Source: Octopus bimaculoides (taxonomy: Eukaryota). From it: a stretch of DNA of 47,877 bases. The notes under the pieces were generated by a model, which saw nothing but the letters and a program-made list of their open reading frames with translations, ran no database searches and was not told the origin of the DNA. Where the stretch lies: contig NC_068996.1 in assembly GCF_001194135.2 (NCBI RefSeq), forward strand, positions 51,996,662 through 52,044,538, written 5' to 3'. Below are positions 47,683 to 47,877 of this stretch, piece after piece. A program made the translations under genes and the position numbers. Position 1 is the first letter of the stretch. Every line of letters begins with the position of its first letter.

Positions 47683-47877
47683 GATCTGATTCTGATCAGG
47701 CGTGCTGCCATAAAACACGTTCTCCATACACACTCTTATCACAGTGCGGACTGCAACACAGACCACTCCCTGGTATGCTGCAATATCAGGCTGCAACCAA
47801 AAAGGTTCCACAATGCAAAGAAGCCGGGGGCCTCGCGCATTGACGTTAGCAAGATGACTCAGCTCGATCTTGTGGAA

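Larger units (their letters stand above)
45538..47877 (+). mobile_element. Young RTE-clade LINE: 5' UTR and AP endonuclease domain, continuing past the window
   Basis: LNLGCWNVRSM, LQETRLAG, HGVGFAV, LVLLGDFNA, SADCNTDHSLV. One stop, a frameshift and two insertions. Confidence 0.95.

Overview
AT-rich, microsatellite-dense, gapped eukaryotic scaffold. Its SINE, RTE and microsatellite content resembles an octopus genome (inference from recognisable repeat families, not a database result). I found no convincing host protein-coding exon; almost all interpretable sequence is transposon-derived. Recognised classes: RTE LINEs and their 3' tails, R4/Dong-like and CRE-like RLE retroelements, a Jockey/CR1-like LINE, a Penelope-like RT, mariner and Merlin transposase relics, several MITEs, tRNA-derived SINEs, and two solo-LTR-like inserts. 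The main hidden signal is a set of about six different minimal type-I hammerhead-ribozyme-like folds in Penelope-type terminal repeats. Several occur as inverted pairs with palindromic stem III, and several have non-canonical cores (G3-C8 covariant, U4C, A6U plus an extra base). Other notable items: a possible P4-less HDV-like ribozyme at an RTE 5' end, a Merlin MITE carrying telomeric repeats next to a DDE-deleted Merlin ORF, and LTR-like elements with TG...TA ends. All folds were derived by eye and are untested.
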